Assembly: GCA_965226795.1 (NCBI GenBank)
Contig: CBDDDZ010000005.1
Span: 2,400,001 to 2,464,000, forward strand
Direction: 5' to 3'
DNA from: Candidatus Latescibacterota bacterium
GTDB taxonomy: Bacteria; Latescibacterota; UBA2968; GCA-2709665
Length of the DNA: 64,000 nucleotides
Position 1 is the first letter of the stretch. The number at the start of each line of letters is the position of its first letter. Position numbers and translations under genes: made by a program. The notes below the pieces were generated by a model. That model was given only the letters and a program-made list of their open reading frames with translations, was not told the DNA's origin and ran no database searches. Below are positions 39,706 through 49,985 of this stretch, in pieces.

Positions 39706-39872
39706 GTTGATCCTCCAAGATTTGTAGTTTTGAGCCGCCGAATCCGTCCGGTGGGCTTGGCCGCCAGGAACGGACGAATCTGCCGTGGGGGGAAACGTAA
39801 CACCCGGAAAGAACGCGGTAAACGCGACGCCGATTGCCACGGTTCACAGCCGCCGGTGTTCGCCGGTGGCGG

Positions 39873-39901
39873 TTGACACTGAAACGGGGATATGTTAAAT
39901 T
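39873..39901 (+). promoter_or_regulatory. Sigma70-type promoter upstream of rel
   Basis: TTGACA-17 bp-TAAATT with an extended TG. Confidence 0.6.
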
Positions 39902-40178
39902 TTATTCCCGAAAGGTTTTCGCAAAATGACTGCCCGGAATATGTGATACCAACCGGCCTTTACGTTAACACCGGCAACCTTCCGTGGCGTGTCGGATTTC
40001 TGGACGGCGTTGCCCCAATCCCGAAGTCCGGATTCGGGAATGCATGGTAACGCGTTCAGGTGTCAATTCGAACGCCGGCTGGACGGGTCGCCTGCGTCCA
40101 TTGAACGGACAGCCGGTATATGATCTCTGCGGGTCGTACCGCGGGTGTTGACCAATCAAATCCAATGGAGGTGTCTCC

Positions 40179-42383
40179 GTGACGTTGCAAACGGATGGAT
40201 CCAGGACCCTCCCGGCCATTGAAGCCATCGTCGAACGTGAGGCAAATTTCCCCGATCTACAGAACCTGCTCCGGTCTACCATTGACGCTCGTCCGAACCA
40301 GAATCTTCAGCTCATCTCCAAAGCCTACCACTTTGCCGAACTGGCACATCGCGACCGGCGTCGAAAATCGGGCGATCCCGCCGTTTCTCACGCCGTGGCC
40401 GTGTGTCGCATCCTGATCGACCTCGGCCTGGATTCCGCGACCGTGGCCGCAGGCCTGTTACACGACGTTGTCGACGAGACCCGTGTTCCGCTTTCCCAGA
40501 TCGAATCTCATTTCGGGGCGGAAATTGCCGGCCTCGTGGATGGCGTATCCAGAATCAGCGATTTTTCCTTCCGGAGCCCCGAAGCCGAACAGGCCGAGAA
40601 TTTCCGCAAGATGCTGCTCTCCATGGCCCGAGACATCCGCGTGGTTCTCGTCAAACTGGCGGACCGGCTCCACAACATGCGCACCCTGAAATATATGCGT
40701 CCAGAAAGCCAGGAACGCATGGTTTACGAGAGTCGCGATATCTATGCGCCTCTTGCCCACCGGCTGGGCATGTCCCGGATTCGGGCGGAACTGGAAGACC
40801 TCAGCCTCAAGTGGCTGGAACCGAAAGCGTACCGGTATATCCAGGAAAGGATCAACCTCACGAGGGAAGAGCGCGAGGCCTGCATCGAAGCCGTGCAGAG
40901 TCCGCTTACGGATGCCCTCGAAAAAGCGGGGATCCAGGCCGAAATGACGGGCCGTTCGAAGAATTTCAGCAGCATTTACAAGAAAATGAACATGCGTGGA
41001 AGAGCGTTTGATGAAATCTACGATCTTCTGGCGCTTCGTGTTCTGGTCGATACCATACCGGAATGCTACAACGTTCTGGGCCTGGTCCACGCCATGTATC
41101 CGCCGGTCATCGCCCGCTTCAAAGACTTTATCGCCACTCCCAAAAGCAACATGTACCAGTCGCTTCACACCACGATTGTCGGTCCGGAGGGCATGATGCT
41201 GGAGGTGCAGATCCGCACGCGGGAGATGCATCAGACCGCAGAGGTCGGCATTGCCGCCCATTGGCTATATAAGGAGGGAAAGCGTGGCCCCACCGAGATG
41301 GACCGTCATATGGCCTGGTTGCGCAGCCTTCTGGAGTGGCAGCGTGAAACCAGCGATCCACAGGAATTCATGGATGACCTCAAGGTGGATCTCTTTCCAA
41401 ACGAAATCTACGTTTTTACCCCCAAAGGCGACCTGATCCAGCTTCCGGAAGGCGCTACGCCTCTGGACTTTGCATTTTCGGTGCACACCGACGTCGGCTT
41501 GCGTTGTATCGGCAGCCGGGTGGACGATCAGATGGTCTCCCTGTCTACCCCGCTGCAAACGGGCAGTACCGTTGCTGTGATTACTTCACCCCACCAGAGA
41601 CCCAATCGTGACTGGCTCGATTTTGTCAAGAGTACGAAAGCCCGCAGCCGCATCAGGCGCTGGTTACGAGAAGAAGAATTCTCCCAAAGTGTCCGGCTCG
41701 GCCAGGACATGCTGGATCGCGAACTTAAACGACGAAGAAAACGTACGGCCGAAGAGAAACTGGAGGCGGCTGCAGCTCATTTCAAACTAAAGGACGTTGA
41801 ACATCTATACGCCAGCCTGGGCAATGGGACCCTTTCCCTTGAACGGGTCGTACATCAGATTTTTCCCGCTGCCCGCCCAACACCCAGGCGTCAGCGACCG
41901 GAACCCAGAAAAAAGGGTCGCAAGAACCCTGTTGTCATACACAGCCTGAATCACCTGATGATCCAGTTCGCCCGCTGTTGCCAGCCTATATATGGCGATG
42001 CCGTTCTCGGTGTAATCACACGGGGCAAAGGCATATCCGTTCACCGGAGGGACTGTCGTAACATTGAGAACCTTGCGGAAGGTCGCGACCGCCTGATCGA
42101 CGTTGACTGGAATTCGGAAGAGGAGACGGCCTTCAACGTACAGATACGCGTCAACGGCGTCGATCGACCCGATTTCCTCCGGGACGTCAGCCAAGTCATA
42201 TCGGGGCTGGGCATCCCGATTGTGGAGGGAATGCTGAACACAACCGGCGGGCAGGTCGGCAACCGGTTCACCGTAGAGGTCAGAAACGTCGACCAACTCC
42301 GCGACCTGCGGAAAAAAATCCTCTCCGTGCCCGGCGTCTCGTCCGTTCAGCGCATAAACGGCAGTTCCGACAACGTCCTGTAA
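40179..42383 (+). CDS. rel: Long RelA/SpoT homolog (HD-synthetase-TGS-ACT)
   Basis: KLADRLHNMRT, YAPLAHRLG, RFKD, YQSLHT, EVQIRT, FTPKG, CCQP. Confidence 0.96.
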   Translation: MTLQTDGSRTLPAIEAIVEREANFPDLQNLLRSTIDARPNQNLQLISKAYHFAELAHRDRRRKSGDPAVSHAVAVCRILIDLGLDSATVAAGLLHDVVDETRVPLSQIESHFGAEIAGLVDGVSRISDFSFRSPEAEQAENFRKMLLSMARDIRVVLVKLADRLHNMRTLKYMRPESQERMVYESRDIYAPLAHRLGMSRIRAELEDLSLKWLEPKAYRYIQERINLTREEREACIEAVQSPLTDALEKAGIQAEMTGRSKNFSSIYKKMNMRGRAFDEIYDLLALRVLVDTIPECYNVLGLVHAMYPPVIARFKDFIATPKSNMYQSLHTTIVGPEGMMLEVQIRTREMHQTAEVGIAAHWLYKEGKRGPTEMDRHMAWLRSLLEWQRETSDPQEFMDDLKVDLFPNEIYVFTPKGDLIQLPEGATPLDFAFSVHTDVGLRCIGSRVDDQMVSLSTPLQTGSTVAVITSPHQRPNRDWLDFVKSTKARSRIRRWLREEEFSQSVRLGQDMLDRELKRRRKRTAEEKLEAAAAHFKLKDVEHLYASLGNGTLSLERVVHQIFPAARPTPRRQRPEPRKKGRKNPVVIHSLNHLMIQFARCCQPIYGDAVLGVITRGKGISVHRRDCRNIENLAEGRDRLIDVDWNSEEETAFNVQIRVNGVDRPDFLRDVSQVISGLGIPIVEGMLNTTGGQVGNRFTVEVRNVDQLRDLRKKILSVPGVSSVQRINGSSDNVL

Positions 42384-42444
42384 ACAACCGGGAAACGAAC
42401 TTAACGGCCAGCGTTCTGTCCCGGAATTTGCGCGTCGCCACGCG

Positions 42445-45087
42445 TCAGCGCCTGTTTTTCCTGTCTTCTATCTCCTTTTTCCACCGATCCAGCACCACCA
42501 GAGCCTCGAGGGGTGTGGTATTGCCCACATCCAGATCGCACAACTCGGTCAGAACCGGATCTTCAGGGGGCCGGTCAAACAGATTCATCTGCCCGTTGGC
42601 GACGCCAGGCTCACGTATCACCGAGGCCTGCGTTTTTCTGCCGGCCGCCGTAAGGTCGTTCTCTTCCAGCCTGCGCAACACTTCGCGGGCCCGTGCGATC
42701 AATTCGCGGGGCATTCCCGCAAGCCGTGCCACCTCGATGCCGTAACTGTGGTCGCATCCACCGGGCACCAGCCGGTGCAGAAACGTCACGTTGTCGCCTT
42801 CCTTCCTGACCGCCACGCTGTAATTCTTCACCCTCGGCAGTAATTCCTCGAGTTCAGTCATTTCATGATAGTGCGTGGCGAACAACGTGCGGGGCTGTAT
42901 AGCCGCTGTGTTATGTAAATATTCCGTCATCGCCCAGGCAATGCTCAGCCCGTCAAATGTACTGGTGCCGCGGCCGATTTCATCCAGAAGCACCAGGCTC
43001 CTGGGGGTGGCGTTGTTCAGGATGTTGGCCGCTTCGTTCATCTCCACAAGAAACGTGGACTCACCCCGGGCGAGGTTGTCAGACGCCCCCACCCGTGTGA
43101 AAATGCGGTCCACCACACCGACACGCGCCGCCGCGGCCGGAACAAAGCTGCCCAGCTGCGCCAGCAGAACAATTAGACCGATTTGCCTCAACATCGTGGA
43201 TTTTCCGGCCATATTGGGGCCTGTAATAATCAGCACCTGGTCGTGTTCGCCATCCACGAAAAAATCGTTGGGCACAAACTTGCCGGTTGGCAGCAACCCT
43301 TCGACAACCGGATGGCGACCCTCCCGAATATCGATTCCCGTGGAATCGTCCACCTCAGGCCGGACGTAGTCGTTCGCCGCGGCCACCTCGGCCAGACAGG
43401 CCAACACGTCCACCACCGCCACGGCGCGCGCCGTGCGTTGCACCTCGTCAACCCAGCCCTCGACTTCGACTCTGAGTTGCTGAAACAACTCCTTTTCCAG
43501 TTCCTTCGCTCGTTCGTCGGCGCCTAGAATCTTTGCTTCCCATTCTTTCAACGCCGGTGTAATGAAGCGCTCCGCGTTCACCAGGGTCTGCTTGCGCAGG
43601 TAGTCATCCGGAGCCTTATCCATATTCGCCTTTGTAATTTCAATATAATACCCGAACGCCTTGTTGTACCCGACCTTGAGCGACGGAATACCGGTACGCT
43701 CCCTCTCTTTGGCCTGCAGTTCAGCCACCCACCGGCGGCCTCCGGACGCCGCGTCGCGGAGTTCGTCCAGTTCCCCGTTATAGCCCTCCCTGATGATGCC
43801 CCCTTCGCTCAACTGAAACGGCGGCTCGTCCACCACCGTACGGCCGATGAGGTCGATCAGGTCGCTCAAATCCGGCATCCCCTGACACCGGGCCTTCACC
43901 AGCAGGTCCGCCGTGGTCTCGTTAAGCGTATCTCGCAGACCGGGTATAGCCTGCAGCGACACCTTAAGCGCCACAAGGTCCCTCGGGCTGCAGCGTCCGC
44001 AGCAGATGCGAGACATCAACCGCTCGAGGTCCCCAACCTGCTTCAGGGCCGAACGCACCGACTCACGCCGTGCGGGATGCTGTATCAGGTCTTCCACGGC
44101 ATCCTGTCTCGCATCGATTCCTGAAATATCCATTAGCGGCTGAGACAGCCATGACCTTAGCGTCCGCGCCCCCATCGCAGTGCATGTGCGGTCCAACAGG
44201 GACAACAGCGTCCCTTCCCGCCGGCCTTCCTGTATTGACGTAATCAGCTCCAGGTTCCGCTGGGTCACGAGGTCCAGCCCCATGTATGCGCCTTCATACT
44301 CCCGGGAGAGGCGCGTGATGTGAGAAACCGAACCCTTCTGGTTCTGCTTCAGATACCCCAACACCGCTCCGGCCGCGCTGATGCCCACCGTCATCTGGTC
44401 GCAACCGAAACCCTTTAACGAATTCACCCGGAAATGTTCCAGCAACAAATCGTGCGCATAGGCGAATCCAAAATGCCAGTCTTCCGCCCGAACGAGGAGC
44501 GTACCCGGCATCCGATACGCCATCGCACCCTCGTTTGCTTCCGCCCATGACTCGGGCGCGAGCACTTCCGCGGGTCCGATTCGCTCCAGCACCTCCCACA
44601 GATCATCCACATCCCGTTCCAGTGTGCGAAAATCACCGGTCGACAGATCCGTTACCGCAGCACCCAGTCGGTTCGACTCCACCCAAAGTCCCAACAGATA
44701 GTTGTTTCGATTCTGATCCAGCAGGTTGTCCGAGAGCGCGGTACCCGGAGACACCACCTGGACGACCTCTCGCCGCACGACCGCCTTGCCTTTCTGCGGC
44801 GGCTCCATCTGTTCGCATATGGCCACCTTCCGACCGGCCTTGATTAACCGGGCAAGGTATGTATCCAGGGCATGATGCGGCACACCGGCCATCGGCACGC
44901 TTTCGCCACCCCGGCCGTTGTTGCGGGAAGTCAGCGTCAGCCCGAGAAGGCCGGACACCTCTTTGGCGTCGTCATAAAACGTTTCATAGAAGTCCCCCAT
45001 TCTGAACAGCAGTACGGCATCTCTGTGTTCGTCCTTGAAACGCAGGAACTGTTCCATTGCCGGGGTGACATCTCTTGGCCTTGCCAT
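42445..45087 (-). CDS. mutS: DNA mismatch repair protein MutS
   Basis: FRMGDFYE, TGPNMAGKST, DEIGRGTST, SYGIEVARLAG. Confidence 0.98.
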   Translation of the reverse strand: MARPRDVTPAMEQFLRFKDEHRDAVLLFRMGDFYETFYDDAKEVSGLLGLTLTSRNNGRGGESVPMAGVPHHALDTYLARLIKAGRKVAICEQMEPPQKGKAVVRREVVQVVSPGTALSDNLLDQNRNNYLLGLWVESNRLGAAVTDLSTGDFRTLERDVDDLWEVLERIGPAEVLAPESWAEANEGAMAYRMPGTLLVRAEDWHFGFAYAHDLLLEHFRVNSLKGFGCDQMTVGISAAGAVLGYLKQNQKGSVSHITRLSREYEGAYMGLDLVTQRNLELITSIQEGRREGTLLSLLDRTCTAMGARTLRSWLSQPLMDISGIDARQDAVEDLIQHPARRESVRSALKQVGDLERLMSRICCGRCSPRDLVALKVSLQAIPGLRDTLNETTADLLVKARCQGMPDLSDLIDLIGRTVVDEPPFQLSEGGIIREGYNGELDELRDAASGGRRWVAELQAKERERTGIPSLKVGYNKAFGYYIEITKANMDKAPDDYLRKQTLVNAERFITPALKEWEAKILGADERAKELEKELFQQLRVEVEGWVDEVQRTARAVAVVDVLACLAEVAAANDYVRPEVDDSTGIDIREGRHPVVEGLLPTGKFVPNDFFVDGEHDQVLIITGPNMAGKSTMLRQIGLIVLLAQLGSFVPAAAARVGVVDRIFTRVGASDNLARGESTFLVEMNEAANILNNATPRSLVLLDEIGRGTSTFDGLSIAWAMTEYLHNTAAIQPRTLFATHYHEMTELEELLPRVKNYSVAVRKEGDNVTFLHRLVPGGCDHSYGIEVARLAGMPRELIARAREVLRRLEENDLTAAGRKTQASVIREPGVANGQMNLFDRPPEDPVLTELCDLDVGNTTPLEALVVLDRWKKEIEDRKNRR

Positions 45088-45097
45088 CTGACGTTTC

Positions 45098-46003
45098 CTA
45101 GAGTCGTTCAACAATCGTGCAATTCACCACCCCGGCCTCCTTCTCGACGCGGGGCTTTTCCCGTGCCGCCGCGGCCCGGTCGGGAAATGGTCCGACCAGC
45201 AGAATCCGCAATTCGGGAACCGTCGTTGGCTCTTCGCGCACCGGGAACCCTGCTCCGGTCAACCGGACGGAAATGCGCCGCAGGTTTTCCCGGTTCCCGA
45301 AGGCACCCACACGTACCCAGAACTTACCAGCCGTATCCCGACCTCTCAGGAGTTCTCTGAGCACCGCCAGCCGCGCCGCGACCGGAAATGGCGGACGATT
45401 CGCCGACAGCACGTCGGCCTCCCGCTCTGCTTCCTTATTTCGTGCGGCCAGTACAAGCACCTCTATACGGCCGAGGCGGGCGTGAGACGCAATATCGGAA
45501 CCCGGAGACGCATCGAGTATGGTCTGAAATACGGCAAGCGCCGAGTCCGGCCGCTGGGTTATCAGGTAAACGGACCCCAACCGATAGCGCGCCAGGGGCG
45601 CCAGGGGACTTCCGCGGTATTCGTTCAACAACTGCCTGTATCGGTTCTTCGCACTGACGTATCGCCCTGAGGGCCCGGCATAGTCCCCTTCCGCCAGTTC
45701 AAACAGTGCGTCGTCCGCGAGTTTGTGACCGGGATGGACTTTCAGCAACCGTACGAAATATCCCCGTGATTTCGCTTCTTCCAGGGTCAGGCGCCCCAGA
45801 TAATAGAGCGCCTCCGGATTGTCGGGCTCGGCGCTCAGTCGGCGGGCGAACGCCTCTTTGGCCCGGTCAAACCGCCCGTCTCTGAACAGCGTGACCGGGT
45901 CCGCGGGTTCGGAATGCAACGGAATGACCGGCAAACCCAGTAAACAGAGGAAGCTTATGCGCCGGATTCGTGTCAACATCCGGTTGCGCCTATCAGTGCT
46001 CAT
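45098..46003 (-). CDS. TPR + SPOR domain exported protein
   Basis: Signal-like N-terminus, TPR-like repeats, C-terminal VRVGAF..VGPF.DR..A. Confidence 0.85.
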   Translation of the reverse strand: MSTDRRNRMLTRIRRISFLCLLGLPVIPLHSEPADPVTLFRDGRFDRAKEAFARRLSAEPDNPEALYYLGRLTLEEAKSRGYFVRLLKVHPGHKLADDALFELAEGDYAGPSGRYVSAKNRYRQLLNEYRGSPLAPLARYRLGSVYLITQRPDSALAVFQTILDASPGSDIASHARLGRIEVLVLAARNKEAEREADVLSANRPPFPVAARLAVLRELLRGRDTAGKFWVRVGAFGNRENLRRISVRLTGAGFPVREEPTTVPELRILLVGPFPDRAAAAREKPRVEKEAGVVNCTIVERL

Positions 46004-46262
46004 ACGGATTCAACGCCATCGCCGGCGTCCGGAAACGGCCTGGATGGAACGCGCCACGGGCGATTGTGATTCCACGATATGCCTTCAGCCGCGAATCCAT
46101 CGTTCATCCGCCTGTGGACGGCGCAGGCCGGGCGGCCCGCTGCCGGGCTTATTGTGGCTCGGGTTGGACGAATGTCGCCAGAGATTCTGGGTCGCACCAG
46201 GTACAACGGCCTGACGGACACACGATCAGGGAAACGTCTCGTACCGGCGGTTCCCAAGGTTG

Positions 46263-47567
46263 TCACACCAGCCTTCCGATGACCCGGTCGGGATGCACAT
46301 CGAGCAACCGCACAGGCACGATGGTATTCTTCGCGCTTTCAGGGCCCGGGGCGAACACACGGATGTAGTTGTCGGTAACGCCCTGCAGATACCCCGTGCC
46401 CAGCTCGCGCCTGTCCTCGAACAATACGTGCATCGTCCGCCCCGAAAAACGACGGCAGAAGGCTTCTGTTTTCCGCGCGCCAAGACGCCTCAGGAGCGCG
46501 CCTCGCCGCTTCTTCACGGCGGGATCCACCTCACCGCCCATTCGCGCGGCCGCTGTGCCGCTCCGCGGTGAATAGGGAAACACGTGCAGGAACGCCAGTG
46601 GGCCCTTGTCGATCAGGTCAAACGTGTTGGCGAACGCCTCGTCGGTCTCACCCGGGAATCCGACCATTACATCCGCGCCCAGGCCGATTTCTGGAACCCG
46701 GTCCGCCAGCGTCTCGATCAGCGAGAGATATCGCGCCCGGGTATACGGCCTGCGCATCGATCTCAGAATCCCATCGTCTCCGCTCTGCAACGGAATATGC
46801 AGATGCCTGGAGAACCTGGACGAGGTTGAGAAGAAATCGACCATTGCATCGCTTATAAACGACGCTTCGATCGAACTCACTCTAAACCGCCGAAGTTCCT
46901 TTATCTGCTCGATTGCCTCAAACAAGTCGAGCAGAGCGAGGCCATCCAGATCCCCGCCGTAGTCGCCAATATGAACACCTGCAAGTACGACCTCCTGGTA
47001 ACCCACGTCAACCAACCGCCGCACCTGATCGAGACAGCTCTGCAGACCGCGGCTCCGGCTCCGGCCTCTCGCAAACGGAATGATGCAGAAAGAGCAGAAC
47101 TCGTTGCATCCCTCCTGAATCTTAACGAACGCCCGCGCCCTGCCGCCGAAATTAAAGATATCCATTTCCTGAAATTCGGCGGTTCGACGTCGGGTCACGT
47201 AACTTCGACCGATGGAGCAGGTATCGTTGATCAGATCCAGCAGCCGGGTCTTCTCCGCCGTGCCGACAACCAGATCGACTTCCGGCATATCGATCAGTAC
47301 ATCGGGATCGGTCTGCGCATAGCACCCCATGGCCACCACCGTGCCTTCGGGCGATATCCGATGCGCCCGACGCAGCATCTGCCTGGACTGTGCGGCGCCC
47401 TGTCCCGTCACCGTGCAGGTATTCACCACCGTCACATCGGCTGGCCGGCCAAACGCCACCTCCCGGTACCCCGCCTGTCTGAATTGCTCGCGGTACCATT
47501 CCGTATCGTAGGTATTCAACTTGCACCCCAGTGTATAAAACGACACGGTTTTGTCGTTCCCGTTCAT
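46263..47567 (-). CDS. mtaB: tRNA t6A37 methylthiotransferase MtaB (radical SAM)
   Basis: TLGCKLN, NTCTVT, KIQEGCNEFCSFC, HVFPYS.R.GT.AA, TDNYIRV. Confidence 0.92.
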   Translation of the reverse strand: MNGNDKTVSFYTLGCKLNTYDTEWYREQFRQAGYREVAFGRPADVTVVNTCTVTGQGAAQSRQMLRRAHRISPEGTVVAMGCYAQTDPDVLIDMPEVDLVVGTAEKTRLLDLINDTCSIGRSYVTRRRTAEFQEMDIFNFGGRARAFVKIQEGCNEFCSFCIIPFARGRSRSRGLQSCLDQVRRLVDVGYQEVVLAGVHIGDYGGDLDGLALLDLFEAIEQIKELRRFRVSSIEASFISDAMVDFFSTSSRFSRHLHIPLQSGDDGILRSMRRPYTRARYLSLIETLADRVPEIGLGADVMVGFPGETDEAFANTFDLIDKGPLAFLHVFPYSPRSGTAAARMGGEVDPAVKKRRGALLRRLGARKTEAFCRRFSGRTMHVLFEDRRELGTGYLQGVTDNYIRVFAPGPESAKNTIVPVRLLDVHPDRVIGRLV

Positions 47568-47607
47568 CCGTCCGTTTCCTCGTATTCGCCGCGTTGCTTG
47601 CACTGCT

Positions 47608-47784
47608 TGCGCTGAGCTTGTCGAAATGCCCGCGTTTCGCTACCCTTCGACAGGATCTGTGGGCACCGTTTGGCGCTCTTCACTGCCCTTCGCCGACCCT
47701 TCGACAAGCTCAAGGCGACGGCTCAGGATTCAGGCCCAATGTCGTTAGTTTCGGGCGTTGCTTGCGTTGGCCTGTCAAAACGCG
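47608..47784 (-). repeat. REP-like palindromic element, copy 3
   Basis: gctgagcttgtcgaa..cccttcgacagg..cccttcgacaagctcaaggcgacg..caggcccaatgtcgt; shares modules with copies 1 and 2. Confidence 0.8.
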
Positions 47785-47833
47785 CTCGCCGGTCTTGCAC
47801 ACCGAACTCCATGTTGCCGGTTGGGACCATAAG

Positions 47834-47867
47834 ACAAAGAGTTGAGGACAACTCCCCAACTCTTTGT
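47834..47867 (-). terminator. Terminator downstream of rpsA
   Basis: acaaagagttg...caactctttgt inverted repeat about 30 nt after the stop. Confidence 0.7.
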
Positions 47868-47894
47868 TTCGAACGAACCGGTTGTTCGAAATTC

Positions 47895-49871
47895 CTAAAC
47901 ATCCGATTTCGACGCGTCCCCCGTCTCATCGGTCGTATCGGAAGTCTCCGCCGAAGGCGGGCTGTCTTCGCCGGCAACGTCTTCCGTAGACTCGGTTTCC
48001 GCCTCGTCCGTGGGCTCTCCGGCGAGGGCTCCGGGATCCACAGACTCGGTTTCCGCCCCGTCCGCGGGCTCTCCGGCGGGGGCTCCGGGATCCACGGCCG
48101 AATCTGCATCCCCAGCCGATTCTTCTGAACCGGCGGCAGCGCCCACCACCTCGCCCACCGTGACGGGTTTCGGCCCGTGGCTTTCAATATAGGCATCGAT
48201 CTCGGCCTGTTCGACGTCGCGTAGATATTCCTTCACGCTCAACACGATCTTGCGTTGCTCTTCATCGAATTCAACGACCTTGATCGGCAACTCGTCCTGT
48301 TCCGAGAAGTGGGTCTGAGGGGTCTGTAGATCCGACAGGCCCAACTGCGAAACCGGAATGAAACCTTCGACGTCGCCTTCCAGGTCGACCACGACCCCGC
48401 GTTCCAACAACCGGGTTATTCTACCGGCTGCAGTCTTGCCTACCGCGTACTGAACGGCCAGTTCGGGCCAGGGGTTTTCGATGGTCTGCTTGTGGCCCAG
48501 TGAGATACGACGACGTCTTTTGTCGATATTGAGGACGACCACGTCGACCTGCTCTCCCTTCTTGACGACGTCGCTGGGATGACGCACACGGCGGGTCCAT
48601 GACATATCGGAAATATGAACCAGGCCGTCGATGCCCTCTTCGATTTCCACAAACGCGCCGAAGTTGACCAGGTTCCGCACCAGGCCCGTCAAGCGTGTAC
48701 CCACGGGATATTTCTCGTCCAGCGAAAGCCAGGGGTCATCGGCTGTCTGCTTCAGGCCAAGCGAAATTTTCTGACCCTCTTTGTCCACGTTTAGAATTAC
48801 GACCTTCAACTGGTCGCCTATGGAAACAAGCTTGGACGGATGGCGGATATGCTGTGTCCAGGACATCTCCGAAATGTGGACCAGGCCCTCCACGCCCTGC
48901 TCCAATTCCACAAACGCTCCGTAGTCTGTGATGCTCACCACTTTGCCGTCCACCCTGGTGCTAACCGGATATTTGTCTTCGACATTCTCCCAGGGATGCG
49001 GCGTAAGTTGCTTCATACCCAGAGAGATCCGCTCGCGCTCCTCGTCGTAGTTGAGAACCTTAACCTGAATATTGTCGCCAATGGACAACACTTCCGAAGG
49101 ATGTCCGATCCGGCCCCAGGAAATATCGGTAATGTGCAACAAACCGTCCAGCCCCCCCAGGTCGATAAACCCACCGAAATCAGTGATGTTCTTCACCGCG
49201 CCTTCTCGAACCTGGCCGACTTCCAGCGTTTCAAGAATCTGTTTGCGCAGGCGCTCCCGCTCAGCTTCCAGCACGACACGCCTGGAAACGACGATATTAC
49301 GCCGGTTCTTGTTGAGTTTGATGATGCGAAAGGGGAAAACCTCGCCAATGAACTGATCGAAATTCTTCACCTGCTTGATATCGATCTGGGATCCGGGCAG
49401 GAAAGCGTCGACTCCGAACAGATCCACCACAATACCGCCCTTGATACGGCGAGCCAGCCGGCCCTCAACGATCTGATCGCTGTCGAAGGCGTCTTTTATA
49501 CGGTCCCACACCCGCATAAAGTCGGCCTTCTGTTTGGACAGCACAATCTGGCCTTCCTGGTCTTCCACATCTTCGAGATAGACCTCGATTTCCTGCCCCA
49601 CCTCGACTTCCGACGGGTCGGCAAACTCGGAAAGCGGTATGGCGCCTTCGGATTTGAATCCGATATCGACGACAACCGAGTTCTCCACGACCGCCAGAAC
49701 GGTCCCGGAGACAATCTCACCCTGGGTGATATTGCTCATCGTATCTTCATACAGACTCATCATCGAGGCGAATTCCTCTTCCGAGTATTCGCGCTCGTCC
49801 AACGCGTCCAGGGCTTCCTCGCTCGAAAGTTGCGAAACGGTCTGGCGTGCGGTGTTGTTTTCTTCCGACAT
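47895..49871 (-). CDS. rpsA: 30S ribosomal protein S1
   Basis: Six S1 repeats (e.g. FGGFIDLGGLDGLLHITDISW); acidic C-terminal tail. Confidence 0.98.
   Translation of the reverse strand: MSEENNTARQTVSQLSSEEALDALDEREYSEEEFASMMSLYEDTMSNITQGEIVSGTVLAVVENSVVVDIGFKSEGAIPLSEFADPSEVEVGQEIEVYLEDVEDQEGQIVLSKQKADFMRVWDRIKDAFDSDQIVEGRLARRIKGGIVVDLFGVDAFLPGSQIDIKQVKNFDQFIGEVFPFRIIKLNKNRRNIVVSRRVVLEAERERLRKQILETLEVGQVREGAVKNITDFGGFIDLGGLDGLLHITDISWGRIGHPSEVLSIGDNIQVKVLNYDEERERISLGMKQLTPHPWENVEDKYPVSTRVDGKVVSITDYGAFVELEQGVEGLVHISEMSWTQHIRHPSKLVSIGDQLKVVILNVDKEGQKISLGLKQTADDPWLSLDEKYPVGTRLTGLVRNLVNFGAFVEIEEGIDGLVHISDMSWTRRVRHPSDVVKKGEQVDVVVLNIDKRRRRISLGHKQTIENPWPELAVQYAVGKTAAGRITRLLERGVVVDLEGDVEGFIPVSQLGLSDLQTPQTHFSEQDELPIKVVEFDEEQRKIVLSVKEYLRDVEQAEIDAYIESHGPKPVTVGEVVGAAAGSEESAGDADSAVDPGAPAGEPADGAETESVDPGALAGEPTDEAETESTEDVAGEDSPPSAETSDTTDETGDASKSDV
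47988..48095. repeat. 54-bp in-frame tandem duplication in the rpsA tail
   Basis: Two units with 3 mismatches, encoding VDPGA(P/L)AGEP(A/T)D(G/E)AETES. Confidence 0.9.
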
Positions 49872-49985
49872 GAAACAGCGACCTCCTTGACCGTTCCGCT
49901 AGAGGCTGTTGCCCCGGACTTGCGGTTCGGCGTAAAAATACCGGGAAAAGACGGAGACCGGATCTCCGCAGGGACCTTACCGACG

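Noticed and set aside
39885..39900. dif/XerD-like tatgttaaat
   Set aside because: No XerC arm; explained by the extended -10 of the rel promoter
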